Assembly: GCA_963743525.1 (NCBI GenBank)
Contig: CAVUQH010000008.1
Location: 64,001-128,000, forward strand
Direction: 5' to 3'
Length of the DNA stretch: 64,000 nucleotides
Source: an uncultured delta proteobacterium
Lineage (GTDB): Bacteria; Myxococcota_A; Polyangia; Haliangiales; Haliangiaceae
The translations under genes and the position numbers were made by a program. This document shows positions 52,926 to 62,825 of the stretch, in pieces (position 1 is the stretch's first letter; every line of letters starts with the position of its first letter). The notes under the pieces were generated by a model, which saw nothing but the letters and a program-made list of their open reading frames with translations, did no database searches and was not told where the DNA came from.

Positions 52926-54121
52926 TTTCGGTTGATCAGGATCGGCGTGCCCGGCTCGAGGTCGGTGTCGGTGACCGCGGTGACCATGCCGTTGGTCGCG
53001 CCCGGCTTCACCTCGACCGCCGCGGGCGCGCCGTCGCGCAGCACCCACACTTCGTGCCCGGTGGTGGCGCCCGAGTCGGGGCGGAAGCGGAGCGCCTCGT
53101 TGGGCACCAGCAGCGCGCCCTTTTCGGTGAGGGTGACGATGGAGGCGGTCGCCGTCATTCCCGGGCGCAGCAGCCGCTCGTCGTTGGCGACCTCGAGCAC
53201 CGCCTCGTAGGTGACCACCTTGCCGGTGGTATCGGGCGCGTTGCGCACCTCGGTCACGGTGGCGTCGAAGTCGCGCGCGGGATAGGCCGCGACCGTGAAG
53301 GTCGCGTGTTGCCCCACGCGGACCTGACCGATGTCGGCCTCGTCGATGTCGACGATCACCCGCATGTGCGTCAGGTCCTCGGCCAGCTGGAACAGGACCG
53401 GCGCCTGCAGCGCGGCGACCACGGTCTGTCCGACCTCCACCTTGCGGGCCAGCACGATGCCATCGATGGGCGAGCGCACGACCGTGCGCCGCAGGTTGCT
53501 TTCGGCCAGCTCGACCGCCGCGCGGCTGGCCTGGATCTGTGCGCGCGCCTGACTCACGGCGGCATCAGCGCGCTTGGCTGCCGCCCGTGCGCTGTCGGCC
53601 GACTGCTCGGCGACGGCGCCGCTGGTGACCAGCGCGTCCTGGCGTTCGCTGATCTGTCGGGTTTCCTCTTGCGTCGCCTCGGCGGCCAGGAGCGTCGATC
53701 GGGCCAGGGCCAGCTGCGCCCGCGCTTGCTGCAGCTGCGCCTGGTAGATCTCCGGGTCGAGCTCGGCCAGCACCTGGCCCTTCTTCACGTGGTCGTTGAA
53801 GTCGACGTTGACCGCGCGCACGCGCCCGCTGACCTCGCAGCCGACGTCAACCTCGCTCTGGGGCTCGAGGGCCCCGGTGGCAGTGACCGTGACGACAAGC
53901 TCGCCCCGGGTGGACGGCTCTGTCACATATTGCACCGGCGGGGTCTCTCGCCAGCGGACGATGCCCCGCGCGATCCACGCGGCGATCAGCGCGGCCAGGA
54001 GGATGAGGATGCCGCGTACTACCCAGCGGCGGATTCCGGCCGCTGTCCCTACACCCAGTGCTTTCTCGACGTCACGGGTTCGATCGGCCGCCGTGCCGGC
54101 GCTCGCAGCCGCACTCTTCAT
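52922..54121 (-). CDS. MacA-like periplasmic adaptor (membrane fusion protein)
   Basis: [30 protein letters not shown]. Confidence 0.92.
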   Translation of the reverse strand: MKSAAASAGTAADRTRDVEKALGVGTAAGIRRWVVRGILILLAALIAAWIARGIVRWRETPPVQYVTEPSTRGELVVTVTATGALEPQSEVDVGCEVSGRVRAVNVDFNDHVKKGQVLAELDPEIYQAQLQQARAQLALARSTLLAAEATQEETRQISERQDALVTSGAVAEQSADSARAAAKRADAAVSQARAQIQASRAAVELAESNLRRTVVRSPIDGIVLARKVEVGQTVVAALQAPVLFQLAEDLTHMRVIVDIDEADIGQVRVGQHATFTVAAYPARDFDATVTEVRNAPDTTGKVVTYEAVLEVANDERLLRPGMTATASIVTLTEKGALLVPNEALRFRPDSGATTGHEVWVLRDGAPAAVEVKPGATNGMVTAVTDTDLEPGTPILINRK

Positions 54122-54133
54122 GGCTGCGAATGC

Positions 54134-54149
54134 TTCAACTCTCGTGCCA
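54134..54149 (-). promoter_or_regulatory. Sigma-54-like promoter of the efflux operon
   Basis: TGGCACGAGAGTTGAA (-12 GC replaced by GA). Confidence 0.5.
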
Positions 54150-54232
54150 CCAGGATCCGAGGGATCCCTGGCGTCAGCGTTGCGTGCGCGGCAAAACCTG
54201 CGCTGGCCCCGACCGACCGCGCGACGCTTTCG

Positions 54233-56374
54233 TTACTTGGTGCGGCGACCGCGGGGGTGGTCGGTGCGGAACGGCTTGTGGCGCCGGCCCTCGGGGACGT
54301 TGCCGGTGCCGGCCGGCTGCCAGTGCGGCACCAGGTGGCGCTTGCCATTGCCGATCAGGTCGCTGCGGCCCATGCGGGTGAGCGCCTCGCGGAGCAGCGG
54401 CCAGTTGTTGGCATCGTGGTAGCGGAGAAACGCCTTGTGCAGCCGGCGGGTCTTCATCCGCTTGGGCACGTCAACCGGTTCGCGCCGCGCCAGCGAGCGC
54501 AGCGGGTTGAGCCCGGTGTGGTACATCGCCGTCGCGCTGGCCATCGGCGACGGCAGGAACGCCTGCACCTGGTCGGCGCGGTAGCCGTTCTTCTTCAACC
54601 ACAGCGCCAGCTCGAGCATGTCCTCGTCGGTGGTGCCCGGGTGCGCGGCGATGAAGTAGGGGATCAGGTACTGCTCTTTGCCCGCCTGCTGGCTGTAGCG
54701 ATCGAACAGCTGCTTGAACCGATCGTAGGCGCCGATGCCCGGCTTCATCATCTTGTCGAGCGGTCCCGGCTGGGTGTGCTCCGGCGCGATCTTCAGGTAG
54801 CCGCCGACGTGGTGCTTGGCCAGCTCGGCCACGTACTCGGGCGAGCGCACCGCCAGGTCGTAGCGCAGCCCCGAGGCGACCAGCACCTTCTTGATGCCGG
54901 GCAGCGCGCGCGCCTTGCGGTACAGCTGGATCAGCGGCTTGTGGTCGGTGCCCAGGTTGTCGCAGACGTCGGGGAAGACGCAGCTGGGCTTGCGACAGGC
55001 TGCTTCGATCTCGCGGCTCTTGCACGCCAGCCGGTACATGTTGGCGGTCGGCCCACCGACGTCGGAGATGATGCCGGTGAAGCCGGGGGTGACGTCGCGC
55101 ACCCGCTCGATCTCGCGCAGCACCGACTCTTGCGAGCGGTTCTGGATGATCCGCCCCTCGTGCTCGGTGATCGAGCAGAAGCTGCAGCCGCCGAAGCAAC
55201 CGCGCAGGATCGTCACCGAGAAGCGGATCATCTCGTAGGCGGGGATGCGCGCGTCGCCGTACGACGGGTGCGGCACCCGCTGGTACGGCAGCTCGTAGAC
55301 CGCGTCCATCTCCGGCGTCGTCAGCGGGATCGGCGGCGGATTCAACCACACGTCGCGATCGCCGTGGCGCTGGACCAGCGCCCGCGCGTTGTGCGGGTTG
55401 GACTCGAGGTGGAGCACACGCGAGGCGTGGGCGTACAGCACCGGGTCGCGGATGACGTCCTCGTACGCGGGCAGACGGATCACCTGCCGCGCGCGATCGG
55501 CCTGGGTGGCACCGCGCGGCTTGCGCCGGGACAGCTGCACCAGCGGTGCAGGCGCCTCGCCGGTCTCGCACGGCGCTTCGGCCGGCGTTTCCATCGCGTA
55601 CGGATCGCGGGGCGGGTCGATGCGTCCCGGCGCGTCGACCCGAGTCGAGTCGATCACCTGCCGATCCCCGGGCAACGCGCGCACGGCAAAGGCGGTGCCG
55701 CGGACGTCGCGGATCGAATCGATCGACGCTCCGGTTCCCAGCCGATGGGCGATCTCGACGATCGCCCGCTCGCCGTTGCCGTAGACCAGCAGGTCGGCCT
55801 TGGCGTCGAACAGCACCGAGCGGCGGACCTTGTCCGACCAGTAGTCGTAGTGGGCGATCCGCCGCAGCGACGCCTCGATCCCGCCGATGACGATCGGCAC
55901 GTCGGGATAGGCTTCGCGGGCGCGGTTGGCGTAGACCGCCACCGACCGATCCGGCCGCTGCCCACCCGCGCCGCCGGCGGTGTAGGCGTCGTCCCGCCGC
56001 ACCTTGCGGTCGCTGGTGTAGCGGTTGACCATCGAGTCCATGTTGCCGGCGGTGATGCCGAAGAACAGGTTGGGCCGGCCCAGCGCGCGCAGCGGCTCGG
56101 GCGAGTGCCAGTCCGGCTGACTGATGATGCCGACGCGAAAGCCGTGGGACTCGAGCAGCCGCCCGACCAGCGCCATGCCGAACGACGGATGATCGACATA
56201 GGCGTCGCCGGTGACCAGAATGACGTCGCACGAATCCCAGCCGAGCTCGTCCATCTCGGCGCGGGTCATCGGCAGGAACGGGGCGATGCCGAACCGATGG
56301 GCCCAGTAGGGCCTGTAGCCCGACAGCGGGCGGTCTGCGGTGAGCGGCTCGAGCATCAACGCCCCCAATACCAC
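54233..56374 (-). CDS. ygiQ: YgiQ family radical SAM protein
   Basis: [37 protein letters not shown]. Confidence 0.93.
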   Translation of the reverse strand: MVLGALMLEPLTADRPLSGYRPYWAHRFGIAPFLPMTRAEMDELGWDSCDVILVTGDAYVDHPSFGMALVGRLLESHGFRVGIISQPDWHSPEPLRALGRPNLFFGITAGNMDSMVNRYTSDRKVRRDDAYTAGGAGGQRPDRSVAVYANRAREAYPDVPIVIGGIEASLRRIAHYDYWSDKVRRSVLFDAKADLLVYGNGERAIVEIAHRLGTGASIDSIRDVRGTAFAVRALPGDRQVIDSTRVDAPGRIDPPRDPYAMETPAEAPCETGEAPAPLVQLSRRKPRGATQADRARQVIRLPAYEDVIRDPVLYAHASRVLHLESNPHNARALVQRHGDRDVWLNPPPIPLTTPEMDAVYELPYQRVPHPSYGDARIPAYEMIRFSVTILRGCFGGCSFCSITEHEGRIIQNRSQESVLREIERVRDVTPGFTGIISDVGGPTANMYRLACKSREIEAACRKPSCVFPDVCDNLGTDHKPLIQLYRKARALPGIKKVLVASGLRYDLAVRSPEYVAELAKHHVGGYLKIAPEHTQPGPLDKMMKPGIGAYDRFKQLFDRYSQQAGKEQYLIPYFIAAHPGTTDEDMLELALWLKKNGYRADQVQAFLPSPMASATAMYHTGLNPLRSLARREPVDVPKRMKTRRLHKAFLRYHDANNWPLLREALTRMGRSDLIGNGKRHLVPHWQPAGTGNVPEGRRHKPFRTDHPRGRRTK

Positions 56375-56421
56375 AAGATCGCCGCGAATCCCCGGCTTTC
56401 TAGCTATGCGATACTTCGTGG

Positions 56422-56961
56422 ATGACCTGGACCGTCTACGCAGGGGGAATCGTCGCGGTCGCGCTCGCAGTGCTGCGCATCGTTCCGGTGATGGCCAGCG
56501 CGATGAACATCGCCAAGTTCAACGAGGTGATGGCCAAGCTGCTGAAGGCGGGCAATGTCAACCGCGCGGGCAAGCTGGCCGACGCCGTGCCCAAGTCGAT
56601 CTACGGCGCCATCGCCCGCGCGCTGATCGCCCGCTCCAAGGAGATGCGCGCCGATGACGGGCGCAGCCTGATCGCCGACAGCCTGCGCGAGACGCTGCAA
56701 AAGGTGCTGGCAGAGCAGAACCGGCGCGTCCGCCGCCTGGACTGGCTCTACGTCGGCTCCGCCCTGGCCGCGGGCGTGGCCGCGCTGGGGCCGGTCGACG
56801 AGGTCCCGGCCGGAGTCTCCATCGGACTTCCCGCGGCGGCGGTGGTGCTCATCCTGTTGTCGTGGACGCGCTCGCGCCGCGAGCTGCGCGACTGCCAGAC
56901 CGGCGGCGACGAGCTGGTCGAGTTGTTGACCGCCAGCGTGGCCGGCGACGCGGCGGCCTAG
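56422..56961 (+). CDS. Hypothetical membrane protein
   Basis: N-terminal TM helix plus two C-terminal TM helices. Confidence 0.7.
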   Translation: MTWTVYAGGIVAVALAVLRIVPVMASAMNIAKFNEVMAKLLKAGNVNRAGKLADAVPKSIYGAIARALIARSKEMRADDGRSLIADSLRETLQKVLAEQNRRVRRLDWLYVGSALAAGVAALGPVDEVPAGVSIGLPAAAVVLILLSWTRSRRELRDCQTGGDELVELLTASVAGDAAA

Positions 56962-56964
56962 TGC

Positions 56965-57345
56965 TCAGCCGCGCACGAGGATGCGCTTGAGCTCGTCCAT
57001 GTAGCTCATGATCTGCTGCGGCGTCGCCTTGATCAGCATCTTGATGAAGTTGAGGTACGCCTGATTGTGCTCGTTCAGCTCGATGCCGAGCCCCTGATAG
57101 ACGCCCATGTCGTCGGCGTGGGCGACGTAGCCGGCGGCCTGACACCAGCAGTCGTGGGGGAACTGGAACTGCACGATGATGGCCGGCCCCACCTGCGGCC
57201 CCTGGTCCATCATCACGAAGATGCCGCCCTGCGACAGGTTGAGGACGAAGCCGCGGTACATCTGCTCCGTCGGACCGACCAGGATGTGGGCCGGAACCTT
57301 GAAGGCCACGCGCGGCTGACTGCGTCGTTCGTCGTCCCGCTGCAC
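56965..57345 (-). CDS. PilZ domain protein
   Basis: RRSQPR and NLSQGG motifs. Confidence 0.88.
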   Translation of the reverse strand: MQRDDERRSQPRVAFKVPAHILVGPTEQMYRGFVLNLSQGGIFVMMDQGPQVGPAIIVQFQFPHDCWCQAAGYVAHADDMGVYQGLGIELNEHNQAYLNFIKMLIKATPQQIMSYMDELKRILVRG

Positions 57346-57349
57346 CGAA

Positions 57350-57793
57350 TCATTCTCCTACGTCGTCGCCGGGAAGGGAAGCGTCACGCACGTAGGGGGC
57401 CAGGGCGGCGCGGAACGAGTCGCCCCAGGGCGTCGGTCGCCGGGTGGTCGGGTCGACCCGCACGATGGTCCGCTTTCCCCGGGCGTGATCGCTGTCCTCG
57501 TCCAGCGGCATCATGCGAAACCCGACCGTCAGCGACGTCGTGCCGATGTGGTCGATCCAGACCCGTACCCGCACCTTGCCCACGCCGCGCACCGGGCTGA
57601 TGTAGTCGACCTCGTTGCGCGCCACCAGGTGGAACTGGTCCGGGTCGTCCTGGAACGAGCCGAAACCCAGCTCCATCCAGAAGGCGCCCAGCGCGCGCTC
57701 GAACAGCAGCAGATAGCGGGCGTTGTGCAGGATGTGGAACGGATCCAGGTCGTCGAAGTAGATGCCGAAGACCTGCTCGAAGAAGCGGCTCAC
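57350..57793 (-). CDS. Acyl-CoA thioesterase (4HBT/YbgC hotdog family)
   Basis: YFDDLDPFHILHNARYL..FERA, IGTTS. Confidence 0.88.
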   Translation of the reverse strand: MSRFFEQVFGIYFDDLDPFHILHNARYLLLFERALGAFWMELGFGSFQDDPDQFHLVARNEVDYISPVRGVGKVRVRVWIDHIGTTSLTVGFRMMPLDEDSDHARGKRTIVRVDPTTRRPTPWGDSFRAALAPYVRDASLPGDDVGE

Positions 57794-57854
57794 CTGTTCC
57801 AGGGTACAGGATGTTTCGCTGGCGCAGGCGCCGCCGGTCCGGGACAATGGCGTC

Positions 57855-58805
57855 ATGTCGGGCAGGCGAGTCGCGGGGATCGCTGCCGTGGTGCTGCTGG
57901 CTGTGGCCAGCCGAGCGCACGCCGACGAGGTGCGCCTGGCCGTCGATCTGGCGCCCGGCTGCCCCACCGCCGAGCATGCTGCCGCGCGTCTGTCCGAGCT
58001 GACGGAGATGTCCGTGCATCTGGCGGTGGTCTTGCCCACCGTCGAGATCGCCGTCGTCACCGCCGACGGTGGCGGGCTGATCGGCAGCGCACAAATGCCC
58101 GGCGGCATGTCGCGCACCATCGAGGCGCCGGCCGGGCAGTGCGGCGCGCTGGTCGACTCGCTGCTCCTGGTCGTGTCGCTGGCCATCGGCCCGCGTGTAC
58201 CGGCGGCCGACCCACCACCGCCGCCCCCCGCAACTGCGCCGGCAGCGCCGCCCGAGCCAGAGAGTGCGGACGGCCGTCCCGCGATCGTCGCACCGGCGCC
58301 CGCCCGCGCGGGGAGGCGGGGACGCATCGACCTGGTCGCCGGCGTCTCGGCCAGCTCCGGGACCGCTCCCGATCCGACGTTCGGCCTGCTCGCCGGCGCG
58401 CGGCTCCGCCACCCGCGCTGGTCGGTCGGCGTCGAGGCGCGCGGCGATCTGCCGGTCACCGCGTCGATGCCCAGCGCCAGCATTCGCACGCAGCTGTTGT
58501 CGGCGGCGTTGGTGCCATGCCTGCGCACCGGACCCGTCGGCACCTGTCTGGTCGCCGCCGCGGGTATGTTGCGCGGCCGCGGGGTTGGGTTCGACGGCGC
58601 CCGCTCGGACGCCACGCCTTTCTTCGGCTACGGCGGGCGACTCAGCGTGCGCGCCGCGCAGCTCGGCGGCGTGGTGCTGCGCGCCCAGGTCGACGCGCTG
58701 GCGGTGGCCGGCGCCACCCAGGCCCGGATCGGCGATCAGACCGTCTGGCGCACCTCGCCGCTCAGCCTGACCGCCGCGATCTCGGCGAGTTACACGATTT
58801 GGTGA
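57855..58805 (+). CDS. Secreted protein with Pro-rich linker and C-terminal beta-barrel-like region
   Basis: Signal ending AHA-D; first gene of the ECF cluster. Confidence 0.7.
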   Translation: MSGRRVAGIAAVVLLAVASRAHADEVRLAVDLAPGCPTAEHAAARLSELTEMSVHLAVVLPTVEIAVVTADGGGLIGSAQMPGGMSRTIEAPAGQCGALVDSLLLVVSLAIGPRVPAADPPPPPPATAPAAPPEPESADGRPAIVAPAPARAGRRGRIDLVAGVSASSGTAPDPTFGLLAGARLRHPRWSVGVEARGDLPVTASMPSASIRTQLLSAALVPCLRTGPVGTCLVAAAGMLRGRGVGFDGARSDATPFFGYGGRLSVRAAQLGGVVLRAQVDALAVAGATQARIGDQTVWRTSPLSLTAAISASYTIW

Positions 58806-59380
58806 CGAAACCGGAGCCGCTCCGACAATCCCCTTCCGTGGTGGTGTCCTGTCCCCACGGCGACGCCGGAGCGCCGCTCCAGCTCGACGCGATCTACCGC
58901 GACGAGCTCGACTACGTCTGGCGGGTGGCGCGGCGGCTGGTCGGCGACTCGGCCGACCTCGAGGATCTGGTCCACGACGTCTTCATGGTCGTCCAGCGCA
59001 AGCTGCCCGACTACGATCCGAGCCGACCGATCAAGCCGTGGTTGTTCGGCATCACCTACCGGGTGGTGCTGGCGGCGCGGCGGCGCCGTCGCCGCGAGGT
59101 GGTGAGCAGCGAGCTGGCGCGTCCGGTCGTGGGACCGACGCAGCTGGAGGCGGTCGAGGCCGCCGCCGCCCGCGATCTGCTCGCGCGGGCGATGCAGGCG
59201 CTGTCGATCGACGAGCGCGCGGTCTTCGTCATGTACGACATCGACGAGCACGCGGTCGCCGACATCGCGCGCGAGCTGTCGATTCCCGACAACACCGTCT
59301 ACTCGCGCCTTCGCCGGGCGCGGCGCAAGCTGAAGCGCGCGGTCGCGCGCCTGCAGAAGAGGGGGAGCCGTGGCGAGTAG
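58802..59380 (+). CDS. ECF RNA polymerase sigma factor
   Basis: EDLVHDVF, PWLFGI, TVYSRLRRAR. Confidence 0.92.
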   Translation: MTKPEPLRQSPSVVVSCPHGDAGAPLQLDAIYRDELDYVWRVARRLVGDSADLEDLVHDVFMVVQRKLPDYDPSRPIKPWLFGITYRVVLAARRRRRREVVSSELARPVVGPTQLEAVEAAAARDLLARAMQALSIDERAVFVMYDIDEHAVADIARELSIPDNTVYSRLRRARRKLKRAVARLQKRGSRGE

Positions 59381-60209
59381 TCGATCGACCGACGGACGTG
59401 ACCGTCCTCCCGAGGCGCTGGCCGCGCTGATCGACGCCGAGCGCGCTGCGCCCGGACCCGCGCCCGAGACCCGCGCGCGGCTCGAGGGTCGCATCGCCGC
59501 TTCCCTCGCCGTCGGTGCGCCACTGGTGGCTGGCAGCACGGCGGCCGCGGCGGCGGGCAGCGTCGCCGCGACGGGCAGCGCTGCGGGCAGCACCGCGGCC
59601 GGCGGCGTCAGCGCGTTGACCAAGGTCGTCGTCGCCGTCGGCGCCGTCGGCGCGGTTGGCGGCGGCACGGCGGTGGTGCTGCGCTCGGACCCGGCACCCG
59701 CGCCGCGCATCGAGACGTCCGCGCCGGCGCGCGAACCCGCGCCGCGTCCACACCGCGCTCCTCGCGCGGTGGCGCCGACGCCGACGCCGCCCATCGACCT
59801 CCAGCCGGTCCCCGACCTCGATCCCGAGGTTGCGCCGGCGCCGCCGCCGCGGCGGACGGTACCGGTGCCCGACGGACCGGAGACCGTGCCCGCGCCCGCG
59901 GCGAGCGCGCCGCCGCCGGGGTTGCTCGAAGAGCGCACGTTGCTGATGCGCGGTCGCCGCGCGCTGCGCCGCGGTGATGCCTCCGGCGCCCTGGCCGCCG
60001 CGGTCGAGCACGAACGCCGCTTCCCCCACGGTGCGCTGGCGGAGGAGCGAGACATCCTGTCGATCCTGGCGCTGGCTTCCGGCGGCCAGCCCGGCGCCGC
60101 CCGCGCCCGCGCCGAAGCGTTCGCCGAGGCCCACCCGAAAAGCCCGTATCTGCCGCGCATCCAGCATTTGCTCGATTCCGAAACGAAACCGGCGCCGCCG
60201 GGACAATGA
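59370..60209 (+). CDS. Putative anti-sigma factor (TM, Pro-rich, C-terminal TPR-like)
   Basis: Overlaps sigma gene; EERTLL..GR.ALRRGD, RFPHGALAEER, HPKSPY. Confidence 0.75.
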   Translation: MASSRSTDGRDRPPEALAALIDAERAAPGPAPETRARLEGRIAASLAVGAPLVAGSTAAAAAGSVAATGSAAGSTAAGGVSALTKVVVAVGAVGAVGGGTAVVLRSDPAPAPRIETSAPAREPAPRPHRAPRAVAPTPTPPIDLQPVPDLDPEVAPAPPPRRTVPVPDGPETVPAPAASAPPPGLLEERTLLMRGRRALRRGDASGALAAAVEHERRFPHGALAEERDILSILALASGGQPGAARARAEAFAEAHPKSPYLPRIQHLLDSETKPAPPGQ

Positions 60210-61072
60210 AGGACATGCGAGCCCACGTCTCTTCGATCGCTGTCGTCATCTCTCTCGCAGCGCTGTCGGGCTGTGTCTACTACCAGCAGCTCGATCAACC
60301 CGCCGACGGAGCTGGTCCGTCGGACGCCCGGCCGCAGCTCCCCGTGGATGCAGGTGCGGACGCCAACTGCGCGATGAACGGAGTCTGCGATCCGGGCGGG
60401 GGCAAGGTCGGCCTGGCCGGTCAGATCGTGCTGGCCGACACCCGCCAACCGCTGCTCGACGCGGCCGCCGACGTGAAGGTCATCCTCTACGACGCGCTCG
60501 CGTTCGCTCAGAACCCGACCACGGCGACGCCGATCGGCGAGACCACGATCGACGACCAGGGCGTGATTGCGCCGGTGGTGTTTCCCGCGCCGGCGACCGG
60601 TTACGTCGCCATCTCCCTCGAGCCGCAGAACGGTGACTGGGTGCGCACTGCGGTCTTCGAGCCGGCCCAATCCGGGCTGGCGATCACCGACCTGACGCTG
60701 GTCGCCGTGTCCACTGCGCTCGATCAGCAGTGGAGCAGTAGCGCGGGCATTGCCGGATCGTTCGCCCAGACGGGAGCCATCTTGTTCCGCTTCACCGTCG
60801 GCGGTAACCCGCGCACCGGCGTCGTCCCGACCTCCAACGGGACCGCGATCAGCGCGGTCAACGCCTTCTACTTCACCGGCAACCTCGCGCAGACGATCGA
60901 CCCGGTGCTGGAGCAGACCGGCGCCTCTGGCAGCGTGTTGGCAATCAACACCCCGCTGGTCAATCACTCGGGACAGGGCGGCGAACCGACCGGGTGCGGC
61001 TGGGAGAGCCGCCTTGCCGCCGCGATTCCCGGGGTAATCTCCCAGTTCGACGTCCCCGCGTTTTGCCCCTGA
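60206..61072 (+). CDS. Hypothetical lipoprotein
   Basis: Lipobox LSGC; ATGA overlap. Confidence 0.75.
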   Translation: MKDMRAHVSSIAVVISLAALSGCVYYQQLDQPADGAGPSDARPQLPVDAGADANCAMNGVCDPGGGKVGLAGQIVLADTRQPLLDAAADVKVILYDALAFAQNPTTATPIGETTIDDQGVIAPVVFPAPATGYVAISLEPQNGDWVRTAVFEPAQSGLAITDLTLVAVSTALDQQWSSSAGIAGSFAQTGAILFRFTVGGNPRTGVVPTSNGTAISAVNAFYFTGNLAQTIDPVLEQTGASGSVLAINTPLVNHSGQGGEPTGCGWESRLAAAIPGVISQFDVPAFCP

Positions 61073-61209
61073 GGGCCAGCGGGAGTCGCACGGGGAATCG
61101 GTATGCGGGACCGCTAATTTGCGGCTAGCGTAATCGAGCTTGATTCCCCGGCGTGTCGGGGAAGAAACCCGGAGACGGCACGCCATCTATGCGGTACACA
61201 CGAGGCGTG

Positions 61210-61626
61210 ATGCGTCGCACGATTCCCCTGTTCGTGCTCGCAGCCGGGATGGTAGGCGGCTGTGCGGCCAGCGATCCGGTCAACGTCTCGCAACAGGTCT
61301 ACGAGGTCACTGATACCTCGTTCGTCGCTGGCGGGGCGGTGCAGGGGGGCGAAGAGCAGTACTTCAGCATCCCGATTCCGGACAACGCGATCGGAATCAC
61401 CGTGTTGACCGACGGCAGCGGGGATGTCGATCTCTACTCGCAGGTCGGTGCCGCAGCGAACGACAACCAGTTCGACTGTCGGCCGTACGAAGAAGGCTCG
61501 GCCGAGCGCTGCATCTATCTCTCCGGTAACGGCGAGAACCAGATCGGCGTGATGGTGAAAGGGTACTCGCCGTCTCTCAGCCAGTACCTGATCACCGCCT
61601 GGTGGGGCATCTCCACCAGCCCGTAG
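61210..61626 (+). CDS. PPC (pre-peptidase C-terminal) domain lipoprotein
   Basis: VGGC lipobox; GSGDVDLY...FDCRPY..GSAERC. Confidence 0.8.
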   Translation: MRRTIPLFVLAAGMVGGCAASDPVNVSQQVYEVTDTSFVAGGAVQGGEEQYFSIPIPDNAIGITVLTDGSGDVDLYSQVGAAANDNQFDCRPYEEGSAERCIYLSGNGENQIGVMVKGYSPSLSQYLITAWWGISTSP

Positions 61627-61635
61627 GCCGCGCCG

Positions 61636-62160
61636 CTACTGGACGCTGAAGCCGAGCTTGTCGATCTCGGGGGTGACGCGCTTGCGCAGGTCGTTCGCCG
61701 CCGGGGCGGTGGTGGCGATGCGCACCTGGCCGCTCTTGTAGTCGGCGGTCACGTCGAAGACGCCGTCGAGCTGGGTGACCGCGCTCTCGATCTTCGTCGC
61801 GCAGCCGCCGCAGTGCATGCCCTTGACCTGCAGGGTGGTCCAGACGGCATCGGCCGGCACGTGGCGCGGCGGATGCTTGGCCATCGCGCCCTCGCAGCCG
61901 CACTCTTCGCCGTCAGCGCACTCGCCACCGCCGCCGCAGTCGCCGCCGCAGCCGTCGTGCTCGCCGGCGGCAGCGGTCTCGGTCCCGGCCTGGGCCGGCG
62001 TCGCGGTCGCAGTCTCGGTGGTCGCAGCGGCCTTGGGCGCGGCCGGCGCGGCGCTGGTCGTCGCGGCTTCGGCGTTGGCCTTGGCGGGCTGGTCGTCGCG
62101 GGTGCAACCGGCGGCGAGGAGGATCGAAAGGGCGAACAGGGTAGCGGCGAAGGTCTTCAT
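61636..62160 (-). CDS. Heavy-metal-associated (HMA) domain lipoprotein
   Basis: AAGC lipobox, Cys/Gly/Glu-rich segment, VKGMHCGGC. Confidence 0.85.
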   Translation of the reverse strand: MKTFAATLFALSILLAAGCTRDDQPAKANAEAATTSAAPAAPKAAATTETATATPAQAGTETAAAGEHDGCGGDCGGGGECADGEECGCEGAMAKHPPRHVPADAVWTTLQVKGMHCGGCATKIESAVTQLDGVFDVTADYKSGQVRIATTAPAANDLRKRVTPEIDKLGFSVQ

Positions 62161-62247
62161 GGTTCGAAGGGCGTTCGTACTACGGCTCGGCGACCCGGCG
62201 GAAGCGAAAATTTGCCCTTTGCGCCCGCGCGGCCTTAGCTAGCAGGG

Positions 62248-62742
62248 ATGGACAAGCGGGTGCTGGTGGCCCAGCTCGAGGACAAACTGCGGGAGATCGC
62301 CCGCACCGCCCACGGGGCCAGTGTGGCCGCCGCCGAGGAGGCGCGCGAGGGGGCCACCTCCAAGGAGCGCCGCGCCGACGCCCGGGTCGCCATCGAATAC
62401 GCCAGTCTGGCCAAGGGCCAGGGGCGCCGGGCTCAGCGCGCTTACCAGGAGCTGGCCACGCTGTCGGCCTTCCGCGCCGAGCCGCTGCCGCGCGGCGCCG
62501 CCATCGCGGTCGGCGCGCTGGTCGAGGTCGACGACGCCGACACCGGCGAGGGCCGCACCTTCTTTCTCGCACCTGTCGGCGCCGGCATGACCCTGACAGG
62601 TCCCGGTGGCGACGGCTATCTGACGGTCGTCACGCCGAGCTCGCCGATCGGCCGCGCGGTGCTCGGACGGCGCGCGGGCGAGATCGTCGACGTGACCGTC
62701 GACGGCGACGTCCGCGAGTGGGAAATCACCTGGGTCGGCTGA
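62248..62742 (+). CDS. GreA/GreB family protein
   Basis: N-terminal coiled coil, VGALVEV, TPSSPIGRAVLGRRAGE. Confidence 0.85.
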   Translation: MDKRVLVAQLEDKLREIARTAHGASVAAAEEAREGATSKERRADARVAIEYASLAKGQGRRAQRAYQELATLSAFRAEPLPRGAAIAVGALVEVDDADTGEGRTFFLAPVGAGMTLTGPGGDGYLTVVTPSSPIGRAVLGRRAGEIVDVTVDGDVREWEITWVG

Positions 62743-62825
62743 GTCGGCGCGCGCTCACGCGGTGATCGGCTCGCCAGTCGCTGCCGGCGATGCCGACGCG
62801 CGGGTCGTGAGACCCAGAAGGTCGC

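Noticed and set aside
53054..56425. Very long track ORFs such as 53054-56425 (+), 20766-23588 (+), 11513-13711 (-) and 58790-61186 (-)
   Set aside because: Antisense shadows of well-supported genes, expected in high-GC DNA; no recognisable motifs.
61091..61150. CGGGGAATC...GATTCCCCG inverted repeat as a small RNA or MITE
   Set aside because: Only 9-bp arms, single copy, no other support.
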